Shown in pieces: positions 46,801 through 50,528 of a stretch of 50,528 nucleotides of DNA. The stretch comes from Macrostomum lignano (Eukaryota): assembly GCA_002269645.1 (NCBI GenBank), contig NIVC01004324.1:1-50528 (forward strand), written 5' to 3'. A program made the position numbers and the translations under genes. The notes below the pieces were generated by a model. The model searched no databases and had not been told where the DNA came from. It worked only from the letters and a program-made list of their open reading frames with translations. Position 1 is the stretch's first letter, and each line of letters begins with the position of its first letter.

Positions 46801-49800
46801 AAAATGTTTCCGTGTCGTACCATCTCTCGGTACTCGTTAAGAATCTCAACAGCCCTATAATGAGTTCAGAGTATGAAAACAACTTTATGGCACTGTTGTA
46901 TCTGGTAACAAGTGACTGTCAGAATCTGGAAGGCAGTGAAAGCCAAACTAAACTCTGCCTGTCCAATTCTGTATTTAACGTGGAGTTGAAAACCACAAAC
47001 GAGTCAGTGTTCAAGAGCGGGTACACTAGCGGAGACACTTTTTCTGTCAGCGTCCACGCTCCACTTTTTGAAATAAGCCAAAATCAGTGCAACAAGACGA
47101 CGCATTTCTGTGTCCTGCTAACGAGTTCAGTGAACTCGTCCTACTCGGAGAGCAACATCAGCAACAGCTTGGCATGCCATCCGGTTGAGACATTTTGCAC
47201 GATTAGTAAGTTCTCGCAAAGGATTAAATTGTATTTAAAGAATAAGATTATAAATACGTTTATACATAACAGCCTCGCGCAATCTTGGGAGGATGGAACT
47301 TTTGACTTTTGCTTAGAATGCATTTGGATTATTGATATAGTTCTTTGTTTTATAGATTGTCGAAAAATTATTCAATCTATCCCGTAAGTAGCTAATTGCA
47401 GAAAGCAATAAATTTGATTTCAGTTTCGGACGCTGCGCTGGAGACTGTAGCGCTGCTTCCCAATGCAACCGACCCGTGGGTTCCGGAGTATCGCCACACC
47501 GCGTCTTTCTCATTTGGAGTTCGACTGCTCAGCGGGTCGAAGATCGACCCCGTGCTGTCTCCCAGCATCAATTTCGAACCCAACATTTCATTCCTATTTC
47601 AAAATGCATCCACTGCTCCGCTAGTTATGGAAGGAATCAACTGCATCGAAAAGGATCGAACTCAAGGAATTCAGCTGGTCGGTCAGATTGCCAATGTTAT
47701 ATGCGATGCTGCATTCCTATTAACCTTCCAGCAGTGCACGACGGAGCAGGTGACTTTGCGTGTTGGGATGATCAATTCCGACAATCCGAGCTACGTGGAC
47801 ACAAATTTAGAAAACAACTGGAAGGACATCACAATATCAAAAGTTTTTGATTGCGCAGGTAAGGTTTGCTGTGCCCCTCCTTTAACTCATTGTTAGTAAT
47901 ATCCCAGGGTAAGAAAATCTATGAACTAAATTATAAAAAGAGATTAAATTAAAATTTCAGGTCTTAAAATTACTGGGCCAAAAGCAAAGAATCCGCAATT
48001 TACTTTATCTAACGTCGCGGCTACTTTTGAGCTCTATTGGATTTCCGGCACCTACATGGATTGCGTCATATTCATCCAGGACGGGTACAACGCCACATGG
48101 AATTGGAAGCGAAATGGAAGCATTGACAGCTACCGCAAATATAGATTTACCGTCAGTCACGTGCTAAATCAGCCGTATGGCGAATACTTAGTTAACTACA
48201 GTTGCAGCAATGAAATAAGCCAATTTGAAGAAACAAAACTTATCCTGGTCAGTCCGAATCCAGCCAGCTTGTTAAACATCACAACTTCGTACGAGCGCTT
48301 GCCGGAACCAAACAATGTTACCTTTGTATTTGGTACGCTAACTGCAGCTCAAGGATACTTAAAACTAAACTGTACCTTTACCTTTTATTCAGGCGCAGCA
48401 CAATCTTATCAGGACATCAAATTTTACTTTGAAGTTCCGCTTAGCTTTTCTTACATCTATCAACCTGGAAAATCGGTTGTTACATCAAATGTTCGCTGCA
48501 CAAACCCAGGTGGTGCGTACTCGAAAAACTTTGAGCTTCGGCTCTACACACCATTTGAAATCGAGGGCGTTGAAATCAAAATCAATAAATCTGTATTGCT
48601 CACAAGTGAGCAGTTTCCACTGCAGCTCACTGTTCAAAATGGTACTGATGTCACCTACACGGTGAACATGACTGATGGTACAAGCCAAGTGATTGTGCAT
48701 CCTGAGCCTGTGTCCTATGCACAGCCCATTAACATCACCCACACATTCAATGCTCCTGGAGTTTATGACATCCACGTTCTGGCTTCTAGCCCAATGAACA
48801 ACGAGAGCTCAACTGTATCAGGAATTCTTGTGCAGAATCCTATCGCTGCAGTGGCTCAGTCGGCATATTTTCATACCGCAACACCGACCATTTACTTTCC
48901 AGTGACCCACACCGGAGCAGTACCTACAAATGTGAGCTGCAAAGTTAACCTTGCTGCAGGACCACAGTTCAGTCTACTGAATCAGTTCCAATACGTTTCA
49001 GCATCAAAATCCACTGAAACTGTGACTCTTGAGTGTCCTCCGCACCTCATTACTGAGGAAATGACTCTGTCAGTTCGCTGCTGGAATCTAGTGAGTCAGT
49101 ACGCAAAAAACTCAACAGTGGTGTGCAATGAGCCAGTGTCAGGACTTACAGCCAATGCCAGTCACGTGTTTGTCCAGCCTGGTCAAAACTTGAGTATTAC
49201 CATACGAGTGTCCAATGGAACTTCAGTCGAATTCACAACAAGATTTGCTGACTCCACCCAAACAGCGTTACCTTTCACCCGAGCAAGTACGCCTCGAGCA
49301 ATGAGACTGTGCTGGCGCACTCGTACTCAACTGCAGGAAACTACACTGTTATAGTCAACGCCTCGAATCCAGTGAGTTGGCAAACAGCTCAGATCAGTCC
49401 TATCGTTGTACTGAATCCACTGGTCAACGTATCCGTCACCTACAGACAAAGCGTTCTGTGGCCGTTTGAGGGGGCTGAGTTCGTCATCAACAATGAGCCC
49501 AATATGCAAGCTGGTCTCGTTGTTTGCGATTTCGAGTTCTCTACATACGGATCGAAAAGAATCTTCATCGAAAACCTGACGGACAGCTCAAACGCAGTTG
49601 TGACATTCGAATATTCGGTAGAAGCCATTGGAACTCAGCGTGTGAGCATGAGCTGCTGGAACCCATTGAGCATTGATGGTCTCGAGCGGAACTTTTCAAT
49701 AGTTGTGCTCAAGGACTCTGTAAAAATAGCCAACTTTAGCACGAACGGGACGGTTTGGCTTGGCACGCCGGTCGAATTCGTGCTTGATATGACAAGTTTC

Positions 49801-50528
49801 CCAAACGATACCTGCATTCACATGTACTACAATCAGACCAGCCTAATTAATGAAATTTTCGGTGGCGCATAATTCCTGCCGTTCCATCGCAACACCGAAC
49901 AGTCCAGCCTATACACAGGTCAGTCCCTCTAACTTGCGAATCACCTGGAAGCGAGATCTATCAAAAGTAGGCGTCCATTCTGTCTTGATTTTCGCCTACA
50001 ACAATGTGAGCAATGAATCGGCGCAAACATTTGCCACCGTGATTGACATCCTTGCTACAAGCCAAGGCTGAGACTGTTACTCGGACTCATCTTCATTGCA
50101 AGTGTCATCAGTGCAGACAATCAGGAGGTGAGCAAATCAACCTCACTGCCGTGGCGCCATACAACTGCTCCAAGCTGACCAACATCAGCACATACTGGAC
50201 CATCATTGCTGAACAATCATCTACCCAGCTTCCTCTGTGCACTGACAACTCCGATCAGTGCTTGGTTCAGCGTCGGATGTTGCCATACGGGCTGTACAAT
50301 GTTCTCATTCACTGCCGAGCTGACTGTGGATGCTGCTATGGCAGAGACTGCGTGATATTGCTGAACGTTCAAGACTCCATTGAGTCTAGAAGCTATTACT
50401 GGTCCGGAATATGTTTCATTCAATCAACCTTCGTGCTAAATGCGTCTGCGACGGCCACGGACTTTGACGTGGAAGATGGAGATCTTAGCGGCATGACGTT
50501 TCAGTGGAGCTGCTTTAGCCTGAAGAGT
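28816..50528 (+). CDS. Polycystin-1-like (PKD/REJ) multidomain protein, 3'-incomplete; exons 28816-28903, 30627-31082, 31322-31542, 31629-31770, 33666-34073, 34194-34472, 40022-40143, 40226-40387, 45134-45287, 45388-46020, 46129-47205, 47424-47858, 47961->50528 (last exon has apparent frameshifts)
   Basis: Hydrophobic signal peptide (RLAFLACCLAALLLPAVLG); F5/8C-like modules ending IKIEFIG and FKLHGC; C-type lectin (CYF...LC...W...HVIC); Cys-containing PAN-like exon; fibrinogen-C-like (FWTGLDFL..L...LRLEA...WWQSQC); EGF-like; PKD repeats (THTFNAPGVYDIHVLAS, AHSYSTAGNYTVIVNASN); REJ-like start (LPYGLYNV..., FVLNAS...DFD...FQWSC). Phases are consistent across all junctions. Exons 7-9 are less certain. 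Confidence 0.8.
29335..30626. repeat. 20/21-bp minisatellite (GAGTCCCAATCACCTGCAGC / ...CTGCAAGA)n ending exactly at the exon-2 acceptor of the PKD1-like gene
   Basis: About 60 units; the last unit's CTGCAG is the functional acceptor. Confidence 0.95.
32110..32650 (-). mobile_element. 3' fragment of a non-LTR retrotransposon (C-terminal CCHC-like zinc knuckle)
   Basis: SHGCFARHRYL...CPFCLSRVENAEHFICEC resembles the GHG...CxxC...HxxxxC motif at the end of LINE ORF2. Confidence 0.65.
35019..35265. repeat. 83-bp tandem repeat x~3
   Basis: Units start at 35019, 35102 and 35185. Confidence 0.9.
35300..37725 (+). mobile_element. Degenerate RTE-like LINE (APE endonuclease + partial RT)
   Basis: GTLNCRTL, NTCFRKP, QLDHVLV and LRSDYRLL (endonuclease); AHIVAVPKKPG...HRGICL...KLVNRMLLSR (RT N-terminal domains); GATGAT-type tail at ~37700-37725; many stops, frameshifts and an internal deletion. 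Confidence 0.75.
37771..38035 (-). mobile_element. Probable 3' LTR (38023->37771, TG...CA) with polypurine tract GGAAAGGGGAGA (38035-38024)
   Basis: PPT immediately followed by TG, downstream of the Gypsy integrase on the same strand. The CA end position is less certain. Confidence 0.6.
38290..39845 (-). mobile_element. Ty3/Gypsy (Mag-like) pol fragment: RT, RNase H, integrase; internally deleted
   Basis: RMAPFGISS...VDD (RT); DHKPL...RLQR...DADALSR (RNase H); HASHQG...VYWPGM...CKAC and VHADF...SDSG...SNGRAESAVK (integrase). Domain order is RT-RH-INT. Confidence 0.9.
41263..44969 (-). pseudogene. Degenerate Crypton-like tyrosine recombinase (DUF3504-like), apparently intron-containing, interrupted by a piggyBac
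   Basis: Fragments YxPSTI (~44800); PLKNIEVTFCNAFVHGRG (in frame only when joined across the TTAA); ARIYE...IC; LLP...HLFPRL; GDNYLQRFILNLSDKVGLSKAYTN..SVRS; AAGHNLADIMSVTGQISERTTRRY. These resemble the RG...TNHSLR...TGHxS...Y motifs of Crypton recombinases. Stops and frameshifts are present. Confidence 0.6.
42091..44566 (-). mobile_element. piggyBac-derived element with TTAA TSD, internal deletion and large internal inverted repeat
   Basis: TTAA at 42087-42090 and 44567-44570; TIR CAGTAGAAAGAC (compare T. ni piggyBac CCCTAGAAAGATA); asymmetric internal IR AAAGACCATGGGGGTGTAT. Transposase C-terminus at 43081-43720 (VMLLSTMH...GKP...YNSTKSGTD, plus Cys-rich CxxC...CxxC...C...HC...CxxC domain). 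Confidence 0.9.

Overview
Eukaryotic (metazoan) genomic DNA with GC-rich exons and AT-rich, minisatellite-filled introns. The style resembles the flatworm Macrostomum lignano, which is an inference and cannot be proven from the sequence. Four spliced genes can be reconstructed with consistent intron phases: AP2M1 (+, 3 exons, 437 aa), SLC38A9 (-, 8 exons, 624 aa), RPL27A (+, 2 exons, 150 aa), and a large secreted/membrane polycystin-1-like gene (+, at least 13 exons, running off the window end) with signal peptide, F5/8C, C-type lectin, PAN-like, fibrinogen C, EGF-like, three Cys-containing repeats, PKD and REJ modules. Most ORF-track entries are artefacts of tandem repeats. Transposable elements include two non-autonomous Helitron copies, three tRNA-derived SINE copies, several MITEs, RTE-like and other LINE fragments, a Ty3/Gypsy fragment with LTR and PPT, and a foldback piggyBac inserted at TTAA inside an intron-containing Crypton-like tyrosine recombinase. 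The most notable observations are: a pair of 107-nt mutually exclusive exons encoding alternative TM6 segments of SLC38A9; tandem arrays that multiply splice acceptor sites; the polycystin-like domain architecture; the foldback piggyBac; and directional CpG decay between TE copies.
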